DNA of 61,771 nt, filler included, from Sphacelaria rigidula (lineage: Eukaryota), in NCBI GenBank assembly GCA_964200075.2. It is 11 parts of 11 records of this genome, joined end to end, with 100 filler letters (N's around TTAATTAATTAA, not from the genome) between each part and the next. Parts side by side here need not be neighbours in the genome. Positions count along the whole stretch, not along the records: positions 11,251 to 16,775 come from CAXNAA020026627.1; positions 16,876 to 22,400 come from CAXNAA020026628.1; positions 22,501 to 28,025 come from CAXNAA020026629.1; 8 more parts are not named here. The stretch is one strand, 5' to 3'. A model generated the notes under the pieces. The model was not told where the DNA came from. It ran no database searches and worked only from the letters and a program-made list of their open reading frames with translations. Below, piece by piece: positions 11,394 to 22,662 of the stretch; the first letter of the stretch is position 1, and each line of letters begins with the position of its first letter. A program made the translations under genes and the position numbers.

Positions 11394-14300
11394 CTACTCC
11401 TCCTCCTCTTCCTCCTCCTCCTGAGTGTGCAGGTAGTTCCAAGGGATGCAGGTTGACACCGAAAAATTTCCAATACAGGACCGAAGGAAAGGCCAGAGTC
11501 GGAGTCGGAGGGGGAGATAGAGTCGGGGGCGGGAGAGAATACGTGAGCAAAAAGCATTAGGAGTCGAATTCGAGGTTGGGAGAGATGAGAGTGTTTCAAC
11601 CCGTCGGGCACCAAACAACATTTCGGAACAATTTGATGGACTCAGGAGAAGGTGGGTTCACACAAAAACTCGACAACAGAAGTCCATGGCTGAACATACT
11701 TTCTTTTCGCCGGACCACAGCGCCAACACTAAACCAAATGACAGCACACAATCCTGCCTCAAAATACGATTGTGCACTCGCATGTTAGGTAAGGCACATT
11801 GTAAGGCTTCCCCCCCCTCCTCCCTCCCCTTTTTTTCTTGCTTTTGAAGAGTGCGCTACTCTTGACTTGAGTGAAGACCAACAATTCTAGGCAGAAATTG
11901 TTGGATTGGAGAAGTACCGATGAGCTTTCGAGCAGTCCTAGTTGCAAGCCACAACACGCAGTAACATCGGACTTTCCAGCACCCGCGATCCGCGGCTGAA
12001 ATTCGTGGTAGCGGAGCAGTCAACGTTTGTCACCTCATCATTTGAGTAATCAATCAGCCGCGGGCTCAACCGCCCATCCTGATTGGCATCGGATAGCAAC
12101 TCGTCAAAGCATGCGGTCATCGGTCATCGTGCCATATTCCGCGAAATTTCGAGGGCTTTCTTCGTGGAAAGCCTAGACTGGGTCCGTACCAGAGTACGGT
12201 ACAGGGCTTGAAATACGTAATTCGCCACCCGAAAAGCATGCACCATTTTCTTCTTTTCATTTTTGTAACATTTGCAATATTTTCACGGGTCGGACGAATC
12301 ACAAAATCCACGATTTTTGAGGCCTGGTTGCCCGGAAGAGAGAAAAAAAATGACAGCTGGTCAAAAAGTTCTCCACGCAATTGCGCCACTCCACGTGCCT
12401 GGGCTGCGCGTATCTCGGTTGCGACGCTGAAAGCAAAGACGAAGGATTGATTCGTACGGTACGAATCAAATACACTGAAATCAAGTAATTTCCAGACGAA
12501 TCATTGATTAGTCCGACCCTTGAATATTTTCAAGACGTCTTGGGTGCAGCGCAAACAGAGCTACCGCGTGACCGTCTCTCGGTCCCACAAAAAAAAAAAA
12601 CAGTCTCACATATCCAAGGTTGCGTCCCTGTACCGGGTATACCCGGAAGCGGGGAATATCCGGTTAGCACACTAAACCACAACGAAATGTTTGTCTAACA
12701 TTCCCGTATGGTCCGGCGGGGGTATTTACCGATAAAAATAGCTCTCTCATTTTGATGGAGACACTAGAATAGAACTTCAGTCTATTCACCCTACAGAAGG
12801 CAATTTCGCTAATATCCACCTTCAAATGAGGTAACACCACACCCTTCGACCGCGCCATATATGACCATTCTTGAACCGCACAACATCGAAAATTCCCCTT
12901 GACCTATATTCAAACCGGTCCGGGATCTTGGGGGAACACGTAAAAAACGAGACGGGGATGTATGTAAGTCTTGTCATGTGCAGAAAAAATGTTGGTTATC
13001 TTCCAGTACCTCTTCTTCCTCATCCCCGTCATCATCCGCTTTTGCCCCTCCGTGCGTTTTGTTGAACGCTGCGATCCCCTGCTGCTTGTACTTCTGCGTA
13101 ACGAAAAAAAGAAGATATCAAGAAGAGGAAGGAAGCGCGGTCCACGGGGTATTATCCAAATCGCTGAGAAAAAACGCAGTTCATTTCACGTTTCTTGTTT
13201 CAAAATGATGAGCTACGCTTCGCTTTCAGGACGGACGCCTATTTTCCTTCTGTAACTTCTTCTGCGGGCTGTTTGGGTTATGGGTACATTGGTGGTATGC
13301 TCCTTGCACTATGTGACCACGGGTTCGAGAGATCGAGCTTATGTGATGGATATAATAATAATATAATGATAATAAAGTAACATGTTGAGCGCATAGGACG
13401 GAACCCCCCTGTGATATAGCGTGCTGCAGTACAACCGGCCAGGAAAATAAGACTGCCGTTTTAGCATGTCATGCTCCACGAGGACTGCATTTCCGCAGCT
13501 GTCCCCTCTGGAGATGGGTAAAACGTCAAATACTGCTGCAATACTGCAGCATTGGGTTTTACTCCAGTTCACACAGGACGCTTGAACGTTCCATCACGGG
13601 AAGGTCAAGATAGACGCTTGATTGCAGTGTTCAATACAGTAGTTATAATCCATGTGGCACGGGACTTCACCCTCAGCGACCTCGAGTTTCGAGGAAGACA
13701 CGGAACGGGAGGGGAGTGGAATACGTACCTCCTTTTCCGCATCAGGGACTTCCTTCCACAGCTCTCCCATCCTCCTGCCGACGTCTGTGAATGAAAGCTC
13801 TGCACACGAAGAGAGGGAGAAAAAAAGAAGAGAAATAGAAACAGAAAAAATGAAATAGAATCAAGAAATAATATTAATGAAGGAAAAAGAAAGAGAGAAA
13901 GGCTCTGTGCACGGCCTGACGCTGTGGTTGGCGTTGCTATTTTTCCGCGATGTTGCTTTTTACTTCCCTGCCGGTGTATGCTGTATGCCAGAGCAGTATG
14001 GTACCTCGCTTCGTTGTGGTCGTTCACGGGTGAGAGGGTCCATACCCTAGATAGAGCGGTTGTACTAGATGGACCACAATCGTTTCCTTTCCACGGCTTC
14101 TTGTTCTTCACAACTGGGTATGTATGAGTGTGCTTCTGCGCAAGACCTTGTACACCGAAGCCATGTGGCAGAGGTCGGCAATTTCTCCTATGTTGTTCTA
14201 TTCTACCTTCTTTGTTCCTTCTGTTTCTCTTCAGCGCGTGTTTCGGTTCTGTTACGTCTCGGGTGCGTCTATCACGTGACCACGGATGCATCCCTGGGGG

Positions 14301-15911
14301 GTCAGTTAAGGTGCGACAATCCATCAATCAAACGATTCAATCATTGTTTCTTGTGGTTATCTTTGCATTGCTTGTCACCACACAAAGTGTGGTGGCACTA
14401 TATGTCTAGAGCGATGGGCGTCTGCGCGCCGCTCTGCCTCGATTTTGAGACGATGAAGCAACTCAACAGCGAATGCCGCTATCTTTGACTGGAGTTTTGT
14501 CCCAGTATAGAGCCAAAATATCAATAACTTGATTTTAGTGTAAAAACCGACTTATTAAAATCTTGAATGGGGCTGACAGTCTCGAGTGCTCCCGTCAAAA
14601 ATTGTTGCCGCAGGCGCCGATTAGAGGTCTACCAGCGCGCACGCTGCCTGAGGAACCCTTTGCACCCCCCTCGCTACACTAGGAGATAGATGGTGGCCAC
14701 AGACGGCGAGACAGAACGGGGATATGTGAAAGGTTCTTGTCTAACACATGGAATGAACGAAATGAGCACTTTAATGTTGGAGGTGTCTCTATTGGAGAGT
14801 AGGAACGGTGCTCCGTTTCGAAAGGGATGTGTGGCCAATGGTCAAATCACGAAGGCAAGCAACAAATGAGTACGCACCCCCCTCTGCTTGAGGGTTCTCG
14901 GCATGCCTGGGGGTGGGGTCAGGGGTTACGGTTAGCGTCACAGTACTTCGAGCATATTTCAATCATGTGAATATGTTGTTGCCAAGCCGAGCGGGAACAA
15001 ACCTAGCTCCTCTCCAAGGGCTGCGGACTTACAGAGTTGATAGATGTCGCTGATAAAAGTACCCTCGCGATGGAGAGGTTAAAAAAATGTTGAAAAAAAT
15101 AGTCGAGTCATAATTCTCCTGAAGATTCGAGAGAACAGCGCTGTTTGAGATTGCGTCTGATTTTTGGGGATTGAGTCTCACTTTGTGAGAAAACAATCTC
15201 CTCTTGGATGATCATATGCTGACATATATGATCATGACGATGAACAGACTCACCAGGCTCCTTTTGCTTGATCGACTCGCGGTGGGCGCTGCTGAACATC
15301 ATAAACCCTGACAGCGGCCGTGGCGCACGCTTCACCTTTACCTTTTTTGCAGGCTTGCCTTTGTCAGACCCGGCTGACTTCCTCTGTGAGGTTGGGGGGG
15401 GGGGGAAGGGTGGGAAGACGTGTATAAAATTCAGGCGCATTCATGCACAAAAAGGGATCCGTTCACGAACGCTTATGGCAGCGTAGGCAACAACAAGAAG
15501 AAAGAAAAATACGGGAAAATATTCCAAAATTCTCCTCGAGGCGACGGCGTCAACAGAGAGAAAAAAAAAGGAGGCGTTTTGCAATGTTCAGGCTGCACGA
15601 GAATTTCTCTCCCCTTGTCGCAACTGTCTCGTCGAGGCCGTTTGGTACACAGGAATACCTTGTAACAAGACGGCGCCTTCATCATAGAGGAAACCGGGCT
15701 TCCAACACTTCACTTCTTCTCAACCCCTCTGCCTCGGGGATGGTACTTCCCGCAACCTACAGTACGCATTTTTTCAACTCTCGACTATTTTTGGCGTTCG
15801 CATGCTTACCTTCTTGACGGGCTTGGCCTTTTTCTTCTTCTCCGGTGGTCCCTTGCTCGCGTCCGGACTCGGGCTGAACAGGAAGTCGACGATGCGTTTG
15901 ATCACGGTTGC
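11394..15911 (-). CDS. 3' part of a DEK/SAP-like + HMG-box chromatin protein with acidic tail. Exons 15911-15810, 15383-15254, 13799-13729, 13093-13010, 11420-11394 (stop)
   Basis: All exons have AG/GT boundaries with compatible phases. Spliced product: ATVIKRIVDFLFSP…K-rich…KRAPRPLSGFMMFSSAHRESIKQKEPELSFTDVGRRMGELWKEVPDAEKEKYKQ…DDDGDEEEEEEEEEEEE*. HMG-box consensus is clear. Confidence 0.88.
12300..12510. repeat. Diverged dispersed repeat, also at ~33000-33183
   Basis: Shared TGCGACGCTGA…TTGATTCGTACGG…TACACT…GACGAATCATT. Confidence 0.6.
14278..14342 (+). repeat. Retroposon-like 3' end …GGTCAGTT(A/G)(A)GTGCGAC with (CAAT)n tail; also 45818-45885 (-) and 48835-48883 (+)
   Basis: Same ~40 bp motif directly followed by CAAT repeats in three contigs. 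Confidence 0.65.
14673..14873 (+). mobile_element. 5'-truncated LINE (family A) with perfect 11-bp TSD GCACCCCCCTC, in the HMG gene intron
   Basis: Matches the 3' end of 52672-53747; TSD at 14662-14672 and 14874-14884; ends ATGAGTAC with no poly(A). Confidence 0.88.
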
Positions 15912-17095
15912 CTATTGCAAAAAAAAAATGAATCACACACACAGAGATGAAAAATCAATGCCAACAAGATATTTTTTTTAATCGTACCATCTCACCGCGA
16001 AGGGGGAAGAGCTTGTTTTCCCTTCTTCTCCTTCCTGCTTCAATTGGTGTTCTAGTCTCTCCTCCATTTCTTCTTTGCAAGTATTTTGTTCACCCTGTGT
16101 GTGCGCTCTGTCTTCGTTCACCTTTCCCCATATTCTCTCCATTTTTTCCGCGATTCCTTTCAGCGCGTGATTCCGTTCATTCACAGATGATGAAGGCCTT
16201 ATCTAGTGGCCACCGCTGGACTTGTTTCCGTGTAGGAAAAGTTAATGCGCGACAAGAACTTATTCCCTCACGATACAATATCCTCCCCCCACCGCGACAT
16301 TTTTGGGATGACCACGTAGCCTGAACTTATCAACCCATTTCCGGTACCGTGTGTGCACTCCCATGTAACCAAAAGAAAAAAAGAGAGAGAAGCTCCGTGA
16401 CAAGCATAAATAATATCCTCTGTGCATTATTCGGCAAGTCAATTGATAAGTCGACTCTTCAACCCATCGAAATTGTATCCGAAACGATGTCGCAACACAC
16501 AATAGCCTCCATAGCTCTTTCAATCTCAAGCTCCTTCTTATCCCGCCGTGGGAGCCAACAGAAACCATTACAAGCAAAAGTCGGGGTGTCTCACGTATGT
16601 GGGTACGGGGTATCGCCAGACCCCTCGCTGACATATGCCAAAGAAAAGGAATAATTGTGTTCGTGCTCAATTCATGAAACAGTACAGTGAAAAAAAATAA
16701 CCGGGGGGCAGGGGGGGGGGGGTGAGGACGCCCCGCCCCCCCCCCACCCCCCGGGGCAGTTTTTTCTGTTCTTTTNNNNNNNNNNNNNNNNNNNNNNNNN
16801 NNNNNNNNNNNNNNNNNNNTTAATTAATTAANNNNNNNNNNNNNNNNNNNNNNNNNNNNNNNNNNNNNNNNNNNNTTTGAACAAAGTAAATGAAATTTCG
16901 ATGGTCCGCTGGACCTCAATTAAATGTTGAACCTCAAAAACGAATCCAGGCTGTTTTGGGATGGTTGTCGAGGTGTCGCTTGGGTGATGACACTCGAAAA
17001 AACCGGAAGATCCAAGTTGAGCGTTGAAGATGATGGTCGAAGTCTCGCGTTGACGATGATGATCGAAGATGAATATCGTGCCCGATTCATATCCG

Positions 17096-20000
17096 TCATC
17101 TCCCTAATTCGGTTATAGCCTTCAGCAGTCTCTGATGTACAATTCTATCACAACTTTTGGTGAGAAGATCGGCTAATTGTTCTGGAGATCGTACATAGTT
17201 TATCCTTAGTTGTCCGGCTCGAATCATATACTTTAAATTGAAGAGTCGTATCGCCAGGTATTTCGAGCAGGTGCTGAAGTTGACGTTCGAAGACAGATAA
17301 AGTGCGCCTTGTGACTCCGAGTAGATAGTCGCGGGCTCGATTGATGATCACCCAAGCTCTCGTAAAAGATTGAAGAGATACGTTCAGAATTTGCCTCATT
17401 TCGAAAGGGCAATTAACTTCGCTTCTGTCGTAGAAGTAGGTGTAATACGTTGAAGACTCAAAGTGAAATGAACTAGCCCGTTAGACATGAGAAACAACGT
17501 CCCCGTCGTGGATCGCATTTTTCCCTGAAGCCCAGCATTACCATAGCTAGCGTCACAATATCCCTTTAAATCCAGATTCTTTTCGGAGGTTGCGTACGTT
17601 AGCGGAAGATCGGGTTTTCCTTTCAGGGACCGAAATATCCGTTTAACTGCTACTAAGTGTTGACTACGCGGGCTGCTCATATGACGTACTACCTGGGCGA
17701 CACTAAATGCGATGTCGAATCTTGTGCTCTGGGCCAGGAAGATGAGACTCCCAGCCATCGCTTGGTGCTTAGTTTTCTCTAACGGTTCCAGGACGGTATT
17801 TTCAGACGCATCGTCAACGAGTTGATTTGGTGTTCCCGGTGTGTGAACTGGCTTGGATGACTCCATGCCGAATTTCTTGAGCATTGATTCTACGTACCTA
17901 TGCTGTGACAACTTGAGAGTTCCTCGCGCTTCATCTCTGATGGCCTCTATACCGAGAATACGAGAAACTGGCCCTCGCTCGGAGATGGAGAATCTTGACT
18001 TCAGTGCGTCCTTGAACTGTTACAGTATGCTAATTGACGATCCTGTCATCAAGACATCATCTACATACAGAGTAAGCATCACATATCCCTCATGGGATCC
18101 TTTTGTGTAGACACATAGATCACTTGCTGTGGCTAAAAAGAACATTTTCCGTAGCTCGGTATCCATGGTATCATTCCACACGTTTGGGCTCTGACGCAGT
18201 CCGTAGAGAGCGCGCTTGAGGCGCATCACTTGTGGTTCTCCTGTCGTTAGGTCGAACGTCTCGAAGCCAGGAGGTTGTCTACATAATGCTGTTTCCTGTA
18301 GCTTGACATTCAAGAAAGCAGTTTGTACGTCGAGGGCTACACGGGTGGCCACTGGGGTGCCTGTAACCTCGAATTTGGACGTTACAGACTTTGCTCAAGG
18401 TCTATAACGTCCAAATTTGAGGTTCCAGGCACCCCAGTGGCCACTCGTGTAAGATAGGCCAATTTTTCGCCGTAGAAATTGCCAGTAACAATCGCTGACT
18501 TTCCAACCTGCAAACTGGAGCGAACGTACTCCCGCAGTCGGGTCCATGCCTCTGAGACCAACCTTGAACCACCAACCGGGCTTCAAAGCGCCCGTCGGCC
18601 TTGACCTTAAAGACCCACCTCGTACCGATGATGCTGTTGTTGCTGGGAACAGAGCTGGCCGGGATTATGTCGGATACTTCATGATTTTTTATGCTTTGAA
18701 GTTCATCCAGCATGGCTGCTTTCCATTTCTTCGCGTATGGTGAGCTCGATGCCTGTCGATAGTTGGTAGGGACTGAAATTGACGCGGGTGGTGCAACCTG
18801 TTCAACTCCGACAGTGCCTATGAACTGACATACCGTTTCCAGCGTTGATGCATGACCACCAAACGACATGACGGCTAGTCGCTTTAGCTCACTGGCTTGC
18901 CGTTTGTTAACGGATCCAGAAGGATGATGATTGGGACCGCCGGCTGAACGCAACCTCCTTTGGGCGATTGGCGGCCCTGTAGTCGGTGAGTTGTCCTCTG
19001 TGGTGCTGTGCTCTAGCTGAGCTATACCATCGTAGATATTCATGTTTGAGTTGTTTTTGTCGTCATACTGTTCCTGTTCAACTACAGATACGTCGCGTTC
19101 CTGGATGTCTAATGTCGAAAAATCTTTATCACTGTAAAGGGCACCTGTTACTTGTTCGATGAAAAGTGACGTTTCTGGAGCTGGATATTTTCCCCGAGTA
19201 GCGGTTGTAAAAACGGTACGATGGGCTATCGGAATCATACCCTACCAGCACTCCTTCCCAAGCCTTTTCTTCTAAATTACTGTGATGACGCTCCTGTGCA
19301 CAAACACTCTCGACTCGATTGTTCGCAAGAATGATAGCTTCGGTTGCTTGAGAAACATCCGAAAATGCGGAGTGTCACCGCCGATGCTCGTGTGCGGCAG
19401 ACGGTTGAGTAGAAAGATCGCAGTTGCAGAAATTTCTCACCAAAGAAATTTCGGCAGTTTCGATTCGTTCAGAGAGCAACGTGTAACGTTCAAGATGCTC
19501 CGCCCGTCTGTTTCACTGATGCCATTCTGCTGAGGAGTGTATGGGCTGGTGAACTCTTGACGAATACCCGTAGTTTTGCAGTACCTCTTAAAGTAGTCCG
19601 CGACATATTCACCCCCACGGTCTGACCGCAGGCGGTGTACACGGAGTCCTAAAGGAATAGCCAAATCTTGGATGAACCTGCAGAGCGTAGTTAAGGTCTC
19701 ATCCTTCGTTTTAATGAACTAGACTACCTTGAAACGCGTGAGGTGATCCGTAAATTTTGCCATGTACCGATATCCTCCTTGCGCCATGGGCGTGATCGGT
19801 CCTGTTAGGTCAGTGCTGACCAGTTGCAGTCATTCCGAATTATTCGTGGAGTCAACAGTCCTTGGGTGGTCCTGCTGTACACTTTTATTAATTTTGCACG
19901 TCACTCAAGGTGACAGTGACCCTTCAAAGTTCACATCTGATTCAGGGGTATTCAGTAGACGGCGCATGACCTGCTTCGTGGGATGTCCAATCGCCCATGC

Positions 20001-22036
20001 CAAGTGTCTGCTCCTGTCGTGGTGGACAAATTTGTCGGGTCTGCTCCCGCCGTGGCAGACATAGCTGCTGAAACTCCCGGCATGTCGTGGTGAATGGCTT
20101 CCGCAACAGCGGCTGTCCCGATGCCCTTAGATTCTCCTGATATAATTGTAGTTGTAAATGCTGAGCTGTTATTGATACTACCCGGTTTCCGAGAAACTTT
20201 CACGCTGATGTACTGTAACGCTCCGTTGCTGTCACTGTTGATACACACTTTAAACTTTCCAAGACCGATGTGGGACTCGTGAGAAAATATAGTCGAAGCT
20301 CCCTTCGCAAGAGCTTGCACAGGGGAGAGCAGATGCTTCTCCAAACCTGGGACAATCACGGCTGGGAGCCGAGGAGAGCATTGGTACCCCTCAGAGTCAA
20401 TGACGAAGGTGCTGAAAACTCCTTTTGCTGTATCATGCAGTAGATGGCGTCCCGCTGTTAAAATAGTCATCGGGAGATGAAGTTTGACAACCTCGACAAT
20501 TTCACGTTCGATATTGGGCAGCAACTGATCATCCAAAAAGTGTCCAGTGCTGCCGCTGCCCACTGTTAACTGGAAAGAAATTTGATCGGATGTATCAGTG
20601 ACATGTGAGCCGGAAAGAAAAGAAAATCACATACCGTTTGGCGGTGAAGATGAATCGATCACTGTCAAAGCTGTTGATGAAGAAGTTTGTACGCCGTTAT
20701 TGTTCGATGGTGCGGTTGTAGAATCTGAATCGGCGGCGGCTGTATTGGCTCGGCGTTGATGTCCGTCGGAGGTGTTGCTGCCGATGTTGCTGTTGTGGTT
20801 GCTCCTACTGTTGTTGTTGCTGCTGTTGTCGCGGTTGTCATTTCGATGGCGGGAATTTCTACGACGATGATGGGTATTGTTGTTCCCAGCGTTGTCGATC
20901 GCATTCCCGCTATTATGTTGAGATCTACACTCAGAATCGTCATGCTTGTCAGTATGATGGAAACTGCATTATTTTACAGGCCTGTTCCCATGGTTTGACT
21001 GCATTTTAGAACGACAGTCTCTCATATGATGGCCTGGCCTCCCGCAGGTGTAGCAACTTCCACGGAATTTCTGGGGTTGATTCAAAGATTTCGACAGTGA
21101 TGCCACCAACAGTGATGAATCGCGGCCATGCAATTTTCCGGAGATGATTCTCCGCGCCATGCGATTAGCATACACATTTCGTTGTTGTTTCGATGCTCTG
21201 AATACTGAGATCTGGGTCACGCTCCGCATTGTATTTGATGAGGTCATACTCGCTTGTTAAACCTTCGATCACTCTGTCAGTCAGCCTTTCTTCGGAAATG
21301 ATCTCGCCAAGGTTGTCCAGTTCGTCCCGAAGCTGATACACTTTGCTCAAGAAAGTATCAGGGTCTTGCCCTGGTGACATAGTGACGTTGTTGAGTTCTC
21401 TCATCAAGATCCTGATTCTCTGCTTCGAAGAATTTTGATACAGTACTTGGAAATCAAAGCCCCCCATGCACGTTTGCCGTTTGGTCTCTCTGAACCCCTC
21501 GGCTGGAAACGCAACAAATAACTCGCTGCAGGACCGGTTGTAGACAGGTACAAAACGTGGAAGAATTGTTGATTGCACCGGTCCCAACTCTCTATCTCAC
21601 GCGTGTTAGAAATCTGCCTCACATGTGACACCACGCTGAGAGAACAAGATTATTGTGTAGAATGATGGTCTTCTTCAGTAGGTCCACTCCCGTCCACCGC
21701 TGCTATCGTCTCGTCCCCCGCGGTTGCCTCCACCGATGATGAATGCGGTCGAACGGACGACTGCTGGCGGGTGGTTTGGGAATGAGTTCTGGTAGGGCTA
21801 AGTCTTGTGGCAGCTGGTTGTGGCAGGTCTACCTCAGAAAAGTCTTCTTCGACAATTTCCGCGGGGTTTTCGACCCCGTTGAGGATATCCGCAATCCCCG
21901 GATGAGTCAAAGAAATGATAGCGCGTGTAGAGCGCATCCACTCGACGAACTTTGTACCGTCGAACTTGTTGATGCTCTTGATGAGCTGAGTCACAGATGG
22001 CTCTCCCGACATATTCACCTGCCTCGCGTTACTCAT
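17096..22036 (-). mobile_element. Ty1/copia LTR retrotransposon gag-pol, degenerate (stops and frameshifts)
   Basis: Domain order: gag with CYTCGRPGHHMRDC knuckle; protease remnant (VGSGSTGHF); WHGRL pre-integrase; integrase SDRGGEY…PQQNGISE; RT RWVFKVK…LYGLRQSP…LYVDD; RNase H GYCDASYG…ADLLTK. Confidence 0.97.
18340..18449. mobile_element. 110-bp hairpin MITE with TA TSD (Tc1/mariner-type) inserted in the copia RT
   Basis: ~51-bp TIRs CACG(G/A)GTGGCCACTGGGGTGCCTG…; TA on both sides; removal restores NWPILALDVQTAFLN. Confidence 0.92.
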
Positions 22037-22207
22037 AAACCTTTCTCTTCACACCTGCAGATCTTTTGGAAAGATCAGGGTTCTTGGACTCTTGATTGTC
22101 GCTGCTGTGGCGACCTTGATGTGACACCTCCTCGCTCGTGCTGACCGATGTAGTCTCGAGCCGAAGGCCGATGACCTGAAGACCTATCTACGTGGTCGCG
22201 AATCGGT

Positions 22208-22218
22208 GGCTCATAACC
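22208..22218 (-). promoter_or_regulatory. Copia primer-binding site GGTTATGAGCC (internal/half tRNA-iMet type)
   Basis: Directly follows the LTR-terminal CA and precedes gag; resembles the GGTTATGGGCC PBS of Drosophila copia. Confidence 0.8.
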
Positions 22219-22400
22219 TGTTGGAAGCGATTCGCTGGCACAGCCCTGTCTCCCTAGACAGTTGAGCAGAGCCTTTCACTCTAGCGGTCAAGCTACTTGC
22301 GAGGAGTAGTGAAGTGAAAAATAAAATGGTGTTGGTCAGCGCTTCTGGTCTAAAATATCAAACAGCCTCTGTTGCAAGAAAGAGCTGTTGAAACAAAAAC
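22219..22400 (-). repeat. Partial 5' LTR of the copia element
   Basis: Ends …TTCCAACA next to the PBS; runs into the contig end. Confidence 0.75.
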
Positions 22401-22500
22401 NNNNNNNNNNNNNNNNNNNNNNNNNNNNNNNNNNNNNNNNNNNNTTAATTAATTAANNNNNNNNNNNNNNNNNNNNNNNNNNNNNNNNNNNNNNNNNNNN

Positions 22501-22571
22501 GTGGGGAAAGCACTGTTTTAAGGTTGAACCTCATCCCGGAGGTAAACCTCAATTCGCACAATTTGTTGTTG
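22501..22571 (+). repeat. Terminus of the CCTCAATTCGCACAATTTGTTG repeat
   Basis: Near-identical inverted copy at 27954-28025. Confidence 0.85.
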
Positions 22572-22662
22572 TGGGTTGATGCTTTACAAATATGCGTAAT
22601 ATTGAGCTGCACTGTTGAATTGCCCCTCTCGTGCCGCGCGGTATACATATCTCGGTATCTAG

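Noticed and set aside
13010..15383. HMG box as the brown-algal male sex-determining factor
   Set aside because: The box looks like a non-specific HMGB/Nhp6 type with an acidic tail, and nothing in the sequence shows sex linkage.
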